A DNA stretch of 54,262 nucleotides from Candidatus Uhrbacteria bacterium (GTDB taxonomy: Bacteria; Patescibacteriota; Patescibacteriia; UBA9934; GWF2-40-263). Within the stretch, counting starts at the first letter, position 1; every line of letters begins with the position of its first letter. The stretch covers positions 1 to 54,262 of the forward strand of contig JACQSF010000002.1 in assembly GCA_016206085.1 (NCBI GenBank), in the 5' to 3' direction. This document shows positions 9,007 to 16,440 of the stretch, in pieces. The notes beneath the pieces were generated by a model, which did no database searches, was not told the DNA's origin, and was given only the letters and a program-made list of their open reading frames with translations. A program made the translations under genes and the position numbers.

Positions 9007-9599
9007 ACCTTACCTTTGTCATTGCGAGGAGACGAAGGCGACGAAGCAATCTTTCGAAGGATTGCTTCCCGCCACGCTTCGCTCGCGGCTTCGGCGGCGC
9101 TCGCAATGACACCAGCTAATGCCTTCTCTTCCGCCTCTGTCCATCTCCCCAATACGAATTCATCCAATGGAATGTCTGGATGCGTCGGTCGTCCAATGCC
9201 AACCCGAATGCGAGCCACGGCGGTTCCTTTCGGAAGAGATTCGATAATTGACTCCATACCACGGTGACCAGCACTGCTTCCACTTTCTTTGTAGCGAACA
9301 TTGCCAAAGGGGAGATCAGCGTCGTCATACACAACCAGGACATCGTTGATCGTGACCGGGTACTTGGACATTACAGCACCAAGTGATCGACCGCTGGCGT
9401 TCATGAATGTTTGCGGTTTCACAAGGAGCACTCGCTCTCCCTCGATCAATACTTCGGCGATGTCTGCCTCAAGTGAGCGTTTCGAGGAGAACGCACCTTC
9501 GTAGCGCTTGGCGAGTTCATCCAACACCAAAAAGCCCACGTTGTGACGTGTCTTTTCATACTCTTTGCCAGGATTCCCAAGGCCGAAGATGGCTTTCAT
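9003..9599 (-). CDS. pth: Peptidyl-tRNA hydrolase, with a palindromic element encoding most of its C-terminal tail
   Basis: GLGNPGKEYEKTRHNVGF, KPQTFMNASG, VVYDDADLP, SAGHRGM, RIRVGIGRP. Confidence 0.96.
   Translation of the reverse strand: MKAIFGLGNPGKEYEKTRHNVGFLVLDELAKRYEGAFSSKRSLEADIAEVLIEGERVLLVKPQTFMNASGRSLGAVMSKYPVTINDVLVVYDDADLPFGNVRYKESGSSAGHRGMESIIESLPKGTAVARIRVGIGRPTHPDIPLDEFVLGRWTEAEEKALAGVIASAAEAASEAWREAILRKIASSPSSPRNDKGKV
9018..9110. mobile_element. 93-bp RPE-like palindromic element inserted in frame in pth
   Basis: Terminal IR GTCATTGCGAG/CTCGCAATGAC, internal IR GAAGCAATC/GATTGCTTC; exactly 31 codons. Confidence 0.8.
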
Positions 9600-9600
9600 A

Positions 9601-10965
9601 CTATTTCGAGACGGATGAGGCAATGCGAATGTTGATCCGAAGTGGTGTGCCCACGAGGTTGAATTTTTCACGAAGTCGGTTTTCCAGGAAGCGGATATAG
9701 GCGATCGAGAGCGCGTCTGTACGCTTGGCTTTCATGATCAGATCGAATTCTGGTGGTTCACTGCGTGTCTGTTTGAATCCCAGGAGCTTGGGCACGCTCT
9801 GCCCCGCGCCTTTCATTGGCGCATGTTTCGTCTGGGCATCCTTCAGGAAGCCCGCGAGGTCTTGGTCGGAAATTTTCATGGAACGATTCGCGACCACGCG
9901 GTCGATTTCATCAAAGAGCGTTTGCACGCGCTGTTTTGTTTTGGCCGAAACGAATAACACCGGTGCCCAGGTAAGGAAGGGGATCGTGCCGGCGATGTAT
10001 TCGCGAAACCTGTTGATCGTGTTCGTTTTCTTGTCCTGGATGAGATCCCATTTATTGGCGACAACAATGACAGCCGACCCGGAGGTCTTCAAAAATCCGG
10101 CTAACGTTTTTTCTTGTGCACCTAGTGGCTCATTCGCGTCGACAACGAGAATCGTTACGTCGGCGATTTTCACAAGGTGTTCGTTGCGCCTAACCGCTTC
10201 TTTCTCCAGTCCACCCGCTTTGTTCACTTTCCCTTGCTTACGCATGCCGGCGGTGTCGATGAAGATGTAGCGTTTGTCACCGCGCGTGAGGAGCATGTCG
10301 TTTGGTTCGCGTGTCGTGTGGGCAACCGCAGAGGTAATGAATCGTTCCTCGCCAATGATCGCATTGAGGAGGGTTGATTTGCCGACATTTGGTTTGCCGA
10401 TGACCGCCACTTTAACGCCGACGGTTTCCTTTGGATCCGTTGCTGGCTTACCGGCCTCTGCCAGCTCGTCATAGACGCGATCGAGCAAATCCCCAACGCC
10501 CATACCGCGTATAGCCGAAATAGCAACGGGTTCAGAGAGACCCTGAAATCTCCATTCGGCATTTTCGACACTCAAGCGCTCGGCAACTTTTTCTGCCTTG
10601 TTGGCGACAACGATGACAGGCTTTCCGGACTTGCGCAGTCGTGAAGCGAGAATTTTTTCTTGGGGCATGGCACCGACTTTGGCATCGACAACAAACAAAA
10701 TGAGATCCGCGCGATCGATCGCGAATTCCGCTTGTTTCAAGATGTTCCGTTCGATCTCGTCCTGGAGGTTCACATCCATGCCGCCGGTGTCCACCAGTCG
10801 AATCACGCGTCCGCGCCACAGACAATCGCCCTCATTGCGATCGCGGGTAGTTCCAGCAACAGGCGAAACAAGCGCCTTCTGAGTTTCCAGAAGGCGGTTA
10901 AAAAGCGTTGATTTTCCGACATTGGTGCGTCCAACAAGCGCGACAACAGGTGGGTGTTCAGACAT
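9601..10965 (-). CDS. der: Ribosome biogenesis GTPase Der (EngA)
   Basis: Two G domains (GRTNVGKS/DTGG/NKAE and GKPNVGKS/DTAG/NKWD) plus a KH-like C-terminus. Start refined to MSEHPP. Confidence 0.96.
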   Translation of the reverse strand: MSEHPPVVALVGRTNVGKSTLFNRLLETQKALVSPVAGTTRDRNEGDCLWRGRVIRLVDTGGMDVNLQDEIERNILKQAEFAIDRADLILFVVDAKVGAMPQEKILASRLRKSGKPVIVVANKAEKVAERLSVENAEWRFQGLSEPVAISAIRGMGVGDLLDRVYDELAEAGKPATDPKETVGVKVAVIGKPNVGKSTLLNAIIGEERFITSAVAHTTREPNDMLLTRGDKRYIFIDTAGMRKQGKVNKAGGLEKEAVRRNEHLVKIADVTILVVDANEPLGAQEKTLAGFLKTSGSAVIVVANKWDLIQDKKTNTINRFREYIAGTIPFLTWAPVLFVSAKTKQRVQTLFDEIDRVVANRSMKISDQDLAGFLKDAQTKHAPMKGAGQSVPKLLGFKQTRSEPPEFDLIMKAKRTDALSIAYIRFLENRLREKFNLVGTPLRINIRIASSVSK

Positions 10966-10996
10966 GTGAGCCCATTGTACGGGAAAACTGGATAAA

Positions 10997-11025
10997 TTGA
11001 CAAAAAGGGAGTTTTGGCGCATTCT
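10997..11025 (+). promoter_or_regulatory. Putative sigma70 promoter
   Basis: TTGACA-17 nt-CATTCT upstream of the lipoprotein gene. Confidence 0.55.
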
Positions 11026-11091
11026 TGAGCGTCGATTCTTTGCCGAATCGTTCGACTCGACACCGAACCACTGTACCAAGGAGAAGAACCC

Positions 11092-11442
11092 ATGATCCGA
11101 CACGTCCTGTCCGCCATTGCCATCCTGACCCTCGCCGGCTGCGGCGGACCCATGTCGCTCGACGATGCCGAGGTCAACGAAGTCTGCCAGCATGTCAACG
11201 ACCAGAACTGGCACTCGCCGGTCTGGAACCACTCCGCACGGGAGGAGTGCGAGCAGTCGCACATGAACATCGCCGACGAGCAGGTCCCGTGTACCTTCGG
11301 CGGCCTCCCGGGCTGGTGTCGTCTCGATTCGAGCGGTTCGGCCATCGGCTACCACCGGGGCATCAGCACGAACTGGATGGACATCTCCCCCACGGAGAAG
11401 TCCCTCACCGACGGTCACCTCGTGATCCTCAGCGGGTGCTGA
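11092..11442 (+). CDS. Small Cys-rich predicted lipoprotein
   Basis: Signal peptide with LAGC lipobox, SD AAGGAG upstream, strongly C/G-ending codons. Confidence 0.8.
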   Translation: MIRHVLSAIAILTLAGCGGPMSLDDAEVNEVCQHVNDQNWHSPVWNHSAREECEQSHMNIADEQVPCTFGGLPGWCRLDSSGSAIGYHRGISTNWMDISPTEKSLTDGHLVILSGC

Positions 11443-11475
11443 GACGCTCCCTCCTGGGCTGAACAAGCCAAGCTG

Positions 11476-11539
11476 ACCCCGCGGTCGGCGAGAAACTTCC
11501 TCACTTGGAAGCTCGCTGACGGTGGGGTTGTTTCTTTTT
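11476..11539 (+). terminator. Long hairpin plus T-tract terminator
   Basis: Nested pairs ACCCCGC/GTGGGGT, GTCGGCGAG/CTCGCTGAC and CTTCC/GGAAG, followed by TTTCTTTTT. Confidence 0.6.
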
Positions 11540-11653
11540 AGGGATACTTTTTTTCGCAGGTGAGAAATTTTGTGACCTTTTTTGAACAGACACCTTCCTA
11601 GACCGCAAATTGCCCAGGTGAGCCATTTGTGTCACATCTAGATTTGAAAAAAA

Positions 11654-11690
11654 CCCGCCTTCGCTCCTGCGGAGCTACGGGCGGGCGGGT
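11654..11690. repeat. CCTTCGCT-[hairpin]-AGCTACGG palindromic repeat at the 3' end of the LCP gene
   Basis: Same frame sequence as 46011-46036 and the reverse complement of 51999-52036. Confidence 0.65.
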
Positions 11691-11707
11691 CGACCTTGCG
11701 GTCGATT

Positions 11708-13414
11708 TTATGGAATTTCCTCGGTTACCTCGGGTGACGCTCCGATGGCGAAGGAGCCGGCGGTTTCGCCTAGGATGATGAGGAAGTCGATATCATCTTG
11801 GGTTGTAAGATGCTCGTAGTCACTAGAGGAAAATGTGATTTCTTGTGGAACAACATCCCCGCTCAACATCCATCCGGTCGCAGAGAGCGTCACATCTGCC
11901 TGGAGATAATCACGCAGCGCCTTGAGCTCTTCGGAGCGTTGTCCGTTGGTGAGATCGTAAATGACCGTGTGTTCATACCCGCGACTCACCGCGTTGCCAA
12001 CCTTCACAACATCAAACCCTTGGCCATCCAAGAGCTGAGACGCGCGGAAGGCGAGTCCTGTAATGTTCGTCCCGTTTTGGATTTCGACTTTCACGAAGAG
12101 GGGTTTTTGTTCTGGTGCATCAGCGAACTGTGTATTGAGCTCTGAATCCGGAGTGAAAATGTTTTCGGCGATGCGTTGAAGAGCTGACCAATCATCGTTC
12201 TTTGGCAGGAGCACGTACGCGCCATTGAGAACGGTCGCATACAACGGAGAAGCGTCGGAGGCATCGATCACGTGGTGGACGATCTCCCCAGCACTGAGAT
12301 CCTTGAACTCTCCCGCGAGCCGTACGATCTCCCACACGTCGAGGTTGGTCGCGATGTTGTCTTTAAGTGTATCCATCATTTTGGAAATGCGTGATGGATT
12401 CAAAAAGGTGGACGCCGAAAGAACCTTATCTTTCACCGCGAGGATAATTTTCTGTTGGCGTTCGCTTCTTGCAAAGTCCGAACCTTCGCCGTTGTTTCCG
12501 TGCCTTGAGCGTGCAAACTTGAGCGCGGTCTGACCGTCCATATGTGTCCATCCTTCATAGAAGGTAATGGACTCAAAGCGACAGGAATAATCAGGGATCA
12601 CCTCTGGCTTGTTTTCTTCTTCAAGAGCCTCCTCCAAGATGCCTTGCTCTTCTTCTTGATCGATCGCGAGAATTTCCGCGAGCTCACTGGAAGTGTTGGC
12701 GACAGCTGGGCTGTTGGCGACAGAATCACTGCTGGTTTCTGACGACGTGTTCGTTTCTTCATACCCACATTCGTCGTACTCTTTTCCTTCGATCGGATAA
12801 TTTGAGTCCGTAAATGCATTCTCTATGTAAACGTCGACACCACCGATCGCATCGATAAATTCTGCAAACCCGGCGAAGTCCACACGCAAGTAGTAGTTGA
12901 TTTCTTCATCAAGCACATCCCCAATCACTTGTGAAGCAAGCTCAGGACCAGAACCCGGGTTGTCCATTTCACCGTAGGCATTGGCGTGATTCACTTTTCG
13001 GTATCCATAGTTAGGAATCGGCACGGTCATGTCACGCGGTAAAGACATCATGGCGACAGAACCATCAGATGGTTTGAAACTGGTGAAGATAATCGTATCG
13101 GTGAGTTGTGGACCGTCATGACCCTCTCCACCGATTCCAAGCAAAAGAAAATTCACACGGTCTTCCTCTTCTCCGTCGAGTGCTTTATCACCAGAGGAAA
13201 CAAGATGTCGGATTGTAGAAAAGAGAGAGATGGTAGGAAAGTTTCCAGAGCTTTCCGACGTTGTGCTGACTTGATAGGAGAAGATGATCCCGATGCTCGC
13301 GAGCGCGGCCAGAGTGATAAAAAGACGTCGTCCAAAAAAAAGCGCGGGCGATCGCTTTGTCGCTCGCGGGGTGTGATGGCGTTTGAGCAAATTGACGTGC
13401 GGTTTCTCAACCAT
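11708..13414 (-). CDS. LCP (LytR-CpsA-Psr) family cell-wall polymer ligase with C-terminal LytR_C domain
   Basis: N-terminal TM, LTDTI, SLPRD, KVNHANAYG, ALKFARSRH, SDFARSERQQ; VEIQNGT in the LytR_C domain. Confidence 0.92.
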   Translation of the reverse strand: MVEKPHVNLLKRHHTPRATKRSPALFFGRRLFITLAALASIGIIFSYQVSTTSESSGNFPTISLFSTIRHLVSSGDKALDGEEEDRVNFLLLGIGGEGHDGPQLTDTIIFTSFKPSDGSVAMMSLPRDMTVPIPNYGYRKVNHANAYGEMDNPGSGPELASQVIGDVLDEEINYYLRVDFAGFAEFIDAIGGVDVYIENAFTDSNYPIEGKEYDECGYEETNTSSETSSDSVANSPAVANTSSELAEILAIDQEEEQGILEEALEEENKPEVIPDYSCRFESITFYEGWTHMDGQTALKFARSRHGNNGEGSDFARSERQQKIILAVKDKVLSASTFLNPSRISKMMDTLKDNIATNLDVWEIVRLAGEFKDLSAGEIVHHVIDASDASPLYATVLNGAYVLLPKNDDWSALQRIAENIFTPDSELNTQFADAPEQKPLFVKVEIQNGTNITGLAFRASQLLDGQGFDVVKVGNAVSRGYEHTVIYDLTNGQRSEELKALRDYLQADVTLSATGWMLSGDVVPQEITFSSSDYEHLTTQDDIDFLIILGETAGSFAIGASPEVTEEIP

Positions 13415-13447
13415 AGTTCGCGTTCATTCTAGCGATTCTTCGCGCTC

Positions 13448-13476
13448 TTGAAAAGGGGATAGGAGCGTGATAACGT
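13448..13476 (+). promoter_or_regulatory. Putative sigma70 promoter driving GIY-YIG + tRNA-Val
   Basis: TTGAAA-17 nt-TAACGT with a TGn extension; only 7 nt separate the GIY-YIG stop from the tRNA. Confidence 0.55.
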
Positions 13477-13489
13477 TTCGCTCGCGGAT

Positions 13490-13738
13490 ATGTTCTTTGT
13501 CTACTTGTTACAAAGCGAGGTCGATGGAACGTACTACATCGGGAGAACCAACGATGTTTCTCGTAGACTCGACGACCATAATAGTGGTCAATCTTTTTAC
13601 ACAAAGAGAAAAAGACCCTGGAGGTTGGTCTACTACGAGGCTTACGATAATGAGGATCTCGCTAAGGAGAGGGAGAAGAAATTGAAGAAGAGAGGATCCA
13701 GTTACTACGGTCTTCTTGAAAGGTTGGGAAGAAAATAA
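13490..13738 (+). CDS. Stand-alone GIY-YIG nuclease (82 aa)
   Basis: FVYLLQS...YYIGRT...RRLDDHNSG...YTK..RPWRLVYYE...AKEREKKLK. Confidence 0.92.
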   Translation: MFFVYLLQSEVDGTYYIGRTNDVSRRLDDHNSGQSFYTKRKRPWRLVYYEAYDNEDLAKEREKKLKKRGSSYYGLLERLGRK

Positions 13739-13745
13739 AATAACA

Positions 13746-13822
13746 GGGCGTGTAGCTCAGTTGGTTAGAGCGCTGTCCTCACACGACAGAGGTCAGAGGT
13801 TCGAGCCCTCTCACGCCCACCA
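13746..13822 (+). tRNA. tRNA-Val(CAC)
   Basis: GGGCGTG acceptor, CTGTC-CT-CAC-AC-GACAG anticodon arm, AGAGG-TTCGAGC-CCTCT T arm, CACGCCCACCA. Confidence 0.96.
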
Positions 13823-13824
13823 AT

Positions 13825-13856
13825 AAAAGTATCTCAAAAATTGGGATATTTTTTTT
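13825..13856 (+). terminator. Putative terminator after tRNA-Val
   Basis: AAAAGTATCTC-loop-GGGATATTTTTTTT. Confidence 0.5.
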
Positions 13857-13877
13857 GGATAAGCTCAGTTGGTTAGA

Positions 13878-13901
13878 TCCCCCCGCTCGCGAGCGGGGGG
13901 A
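13878..13901. mobile_element. 24-bp perfect palindrome TCCCCCC-GCTCGCGAGC-GGGGGGA
   Basis: Flanked by a TAGA direct repeat (13874-13877 and 13902-13905) that occurs once at this site in the intact tRNA. Confidence 0.85.
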
Positions 13902-13931
13902 TAGAGCGCTGTCCTCACACGACAGAGGTCA

Positions 13932-13955
13932 TCCCCCCTTTCGCGAAAGGGGGGA
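13932..13955. mobile_element. 24-bp perfect palindrome TCCCCCC-TTTCGCGAAA-GGGGGGA
   Basis: Flanked by a TCA direct repeat (13929-13931 and 13956-13958) that occurs once at this site in the intact tRNA. Confidence 0.85.
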
Positions 13956-14071
13956 TCAGAGGTTCGAGCCCTCTCACGCCCACCAAACCAGACGCTTCCG
14001 GGCGCCTGTTTTGTTTGTCACCGCCGTCCCTTGCCCCATGTCCATTTTCTTGATACGCTTGGAACATCTTT

Positions 14072-14677
14072 ATGTCATTACGATTTTCCCAGTTTGAAGA
14101 GAGATTGTATGACCGGTTTGGACCGGTGGGTGGCGCGGTTGCTTCCTTTTTGCTTGAGATCATCCAGATCATCCTTATCTCAAGTGCGATCATCATTCCG
14201 ATTCGTTACTTCTTGATTCAGCCGTTTTATGTAAAAGGGGCGAGCATGGAACCCAACTTTTACGACCAGGAGTACCTTATTATCGATGAATTGACCTACC
14301 GGTTTCGTGAACCGTATCGAGGAGAGATTGTTGTATTCAAGTATCCTCGCGATCCCAGTCAGTACTTCATCAAGCGTGTGATCGGGTTGCCAGGGGAGAC
14401 GGTCGAAGTCACGGGGGGAAATGTCATCATCTATAACACCGAGCATCCAAATGGGGTCGTGGTTGAAGAAGATTACTTAGACGAATCCACGACCGGCAAA
14501 GTCCGTGTGACACTCGGAGAAGATGAGTACTATGTCTTCGGAGATAATCGTGATTCATCACTGGACTCCCGGAGCTTCGGTTCTATTACTCGTGATGATG
14601 TGATCGGACGTGTGTGGGTCCGCGGTCTCCCCCTCTCTCGTATTACAACGTTTGACCTTCCCACTTACAATCTCTAA
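14072..14677 (+). CDS. lepB: Signal peptidase I
   Basis: TM helix, VKGASMEPN (Ser), RGEIVVF, FIKRVIGLPGE (Lys), GDNRDSSLDSR. Confidence 0.95.
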   Translation: MSLRFSQFEERLYDRFGPVGGAVASFLLEIIQIILISSAIIIPIRYFLIQPFYVKGASMEPNFYDQEYLIIDELTYRFREPYRGEIVVFKYPRDPSQYFIKRVIGLPGETVEVTGGNVIIYNTEHPNGVVVEEDYLDESTTGKVRVTLGEDEYYVFGDNRDSSLDSRSFGSITRDDVIGRVWVRGLPLSRITTFDLPTYNL

Positions 14678-14685
14678 TTGATCCT

Positions 14686-16107
14686 ATGCCATTCAAGAGA
14701 AAAGCTCTAGCCAAAGAACCGGCTCCAAAAAAGGTTTTGAAAGAGGAGCCTAAAAAAGATCTCGATGAGGAGGGTGAGGGAAAATCCGGGAAGACATTTG
14801 AACTGCTTCGTGGATTTCGAGACATCTTGCCGGAGGATCAGGGCAGATGGAACCTTGTGCGTGATACGATTCGTTCAATTGCCGAATCCTACAGCTTCGA
14901 TCGTATCGATCTGCCGATTTTGGAGCGTTCGGATTTGTTTCAGCGAACCATCGGCAAAGGAACCGACATCGTCGAAAAAGAGATGTACGTCTTTACGGAT
15001 CCATCCAATCGTTCTGTGGCGTTGCGTCCGGAGGCGACCGCCAGCGCGGCTCGTGCCTATATCAGCCACGGCATGATTGAGCGGCCACAGCCGGTGAAGA
15101 TGTGGTATTTAGGTCCCATGTTTCGTCACGACCGTCCGCAGGCCGGCCGTTATCGCCAGTTTTATCAGGCGGGATTTGAGAGTTTTGGTGTGGCCGAACC
15201 GATTGTGGATGCCCAACTCATCGTGATTGGTCATCAGATTTTTAAGTCGCTTGGTTTGGACGTAAAAGTTGAGATTAACTCGATTGGCACCTCCGAGTGT
15301 CGCGCCGCGTATCTTACTGAACTTGTCGCGTACTTCCGCCAGCATCGCAATAAACTTTCCGAGGATGACAAGCGGAGACTGCAGAAAAATCCCTTGCGCA
15401 TGTTGGACAGCAAGGAAGAGGTAACCCGTGAGCTACTGCAAAGTGCTCCTCAAATTCTTGATTGGTTGGATGAGACGAGCAAGGAGCACTTCATGAAGGT
15501 GCTTGAGTTTTTGGAAGAGGTGGAGGTGTCCTACCAACTCAATCCCTACTTGGTTCGCGGGCTTGACTACTACTCACACACCGTTTTTGAGTTTACGCTT
15601 CAAGAAGACGTCGGCGACTTGTCGCAAAGTGCGTTGGGTGGCGGCGGACGATATGACGGGCTTGTGGAGATTCTTGGTGGTCGGCCGACACCGGCGTGCG
15701 GATTTGCCCTGGGAATTGAACGCATCGTTCGTGCGTTGGAAGCAAAAGGCGTCAATCCACCCGAGCGTCCACCCGCCCTGGTATTTTTTGCTCAGTTGGG
15801 TGATGCGGCTCGTCGTGTGGGACTGAAGTTGTTTGAGGAGTTTCGACAAGCGGGTGTTTCCGTTGCAGAAGCGTTTGGGAAGAATGCCCTCAAAGGCCAA
15901 CTGGAGGCCGCCAATAGGATGGGGGTAAGACTCACGCTCATTTTAGGTCAAAAGGAAGTGCTCGATGGGACGATTATTATTCGTGACATGGAGTCAGGGG
16001 CGCAGGAGATTGTCGACGTAAAAAAGGTTGTGGGACTTGTGAAAAAGAAGCTCCTCCATGAGGAGGGGGTGGCTCTCCAGAGTCAGACGCCGGTTGTGGA
16101 AGCTTAA
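14686..16107 (+). CDS. hisS: Histidyl-tRNA synthetase
   Basis: RGFRD, LRPEATA, FRHDRPQAGRYRQFYQ, LVRGLDYY, GGGGRYDGL, GFALGIER. Confidence 0.97.
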   Translation: MPFKRKALAKEPAPKKVLKEEPKKDLDEEGEGKSGKTFELLRGFRDILPEDQGRWNLVRDTIRSIAESYSFDRIDLPILERSDLFQRTIGKGTDIVEKEMYVFTDPSNRSVALRPEATASAARAYISHGMIERPQPVKMWYLGPMFRHDRPQAGRYRQFYQAGFESFGVAEPIVDAQLIVIGHQIFKSLGLDVKVEINSIGTSECRAAYLTELVAYFRQHRNKLSEDDKRRLQKNPLRMLDSKEEVTRELLQSAPQILDWLDETSKEHFMKVLEFLEEVEVSYQLNPYLVRGLDYYSHTVFEFTLQEDVGDLSQSALGGGGRYDGLVEILGGRPTPACGFALGIERIVRALEAKGVNPPERPPALVFFAQLGDAARRVGLKLFEEFRQAGVSVAEAFGKNALKGQLEAANRMGVRLTLILGQKEVLDGTIIIRDMESGAQEIVDVKKVVGLVKKKLLHEEGVALQSQTPVVEA

Positions 16108-16110
16108 AGC

Positions 16111-16139
16111 TTGACAAAGTTGGCTGTTTTGAGCACAAT
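16111..16139 (+). promoter_or_regulatory. Putative sigma70 promoter of rpsU-yqeY
   Basis: TTGACA-17 nt-CACAAT. Confidence 0.6.
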
Positions 16140-16182
16140 CTTTCCGCCCATTCTTAATTCGAATTTCTTATTTCAAAATCTT

Positions 16183-16431
16183 GTGGTTAATGTCAAACGT
16201 AAAAAAGGCGAGAGTTTTGAGAGTCTCTACCGACGCTTTTCTCGACGTGTCCAACAAAGCGGAAGCATGATTCAGATGAAGAGAACCCGCTTTCATGCAG
16301 ATACGCCCAATAAGACGAAGGTCAAGAAGAGTGCTCTGCGCCGACTGGTCGCGCGTACGCGACGTGAGTATCTCATTCGGGTTGGACAGCTTGATGAAAC
16401 CGTGCGTCCTTCGAGCGGTCCTCGCCGCTAA
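16183..16431 (+). CDS. rpsU: 30S ribosomal protein bS21
   Basis: VKRKKGESFESLYRRFSRRVQQSG; basic; upstream of yqeY. GTG start inferred. Confidence 0.88.
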   Translation: MVNVKRKKGESFESLYRRFSRRVQQSGSMIQMKRTRFHADTPNKTKVKKSALRRLVARTRREYLIRVGQLDETVRPSSGPRR

Positions 16432-16440
16432 ATTCACGAT

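Larger units (their letters stand above)
13862..13985 (+). pseudogene. 5'-truncated duplicate of tRNA-Val(CAC) interrupted by two palindromes
   Basis: After removing two insertions (28 and 27 nt including duplications) it is identical to tRNA-Val from AGCTCAG to CCA. The 5' acceptor strand is missing. Confidence 0.92.

Noticed and set aside
9601-11466. 621-aa ORF as an N-terminally extended Der
   Set aside because: The first 167 aa are the antisense shadow of the GC-rich lipoprotein gene. Der homology starts at MSEHPP (10965).
13862-13985. Functional intron-containing tRNA-Val
   Set aside because: The 5' acceptor strand GGGCGTG is absent. The inserts are far too short for group I/II introns and have no bulge-helix-bulge context.
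16111-16182. N-terminal extension of bS21
   Set aside because: Overlaps the predicted promoter; homology starts at the GTG at 16183.
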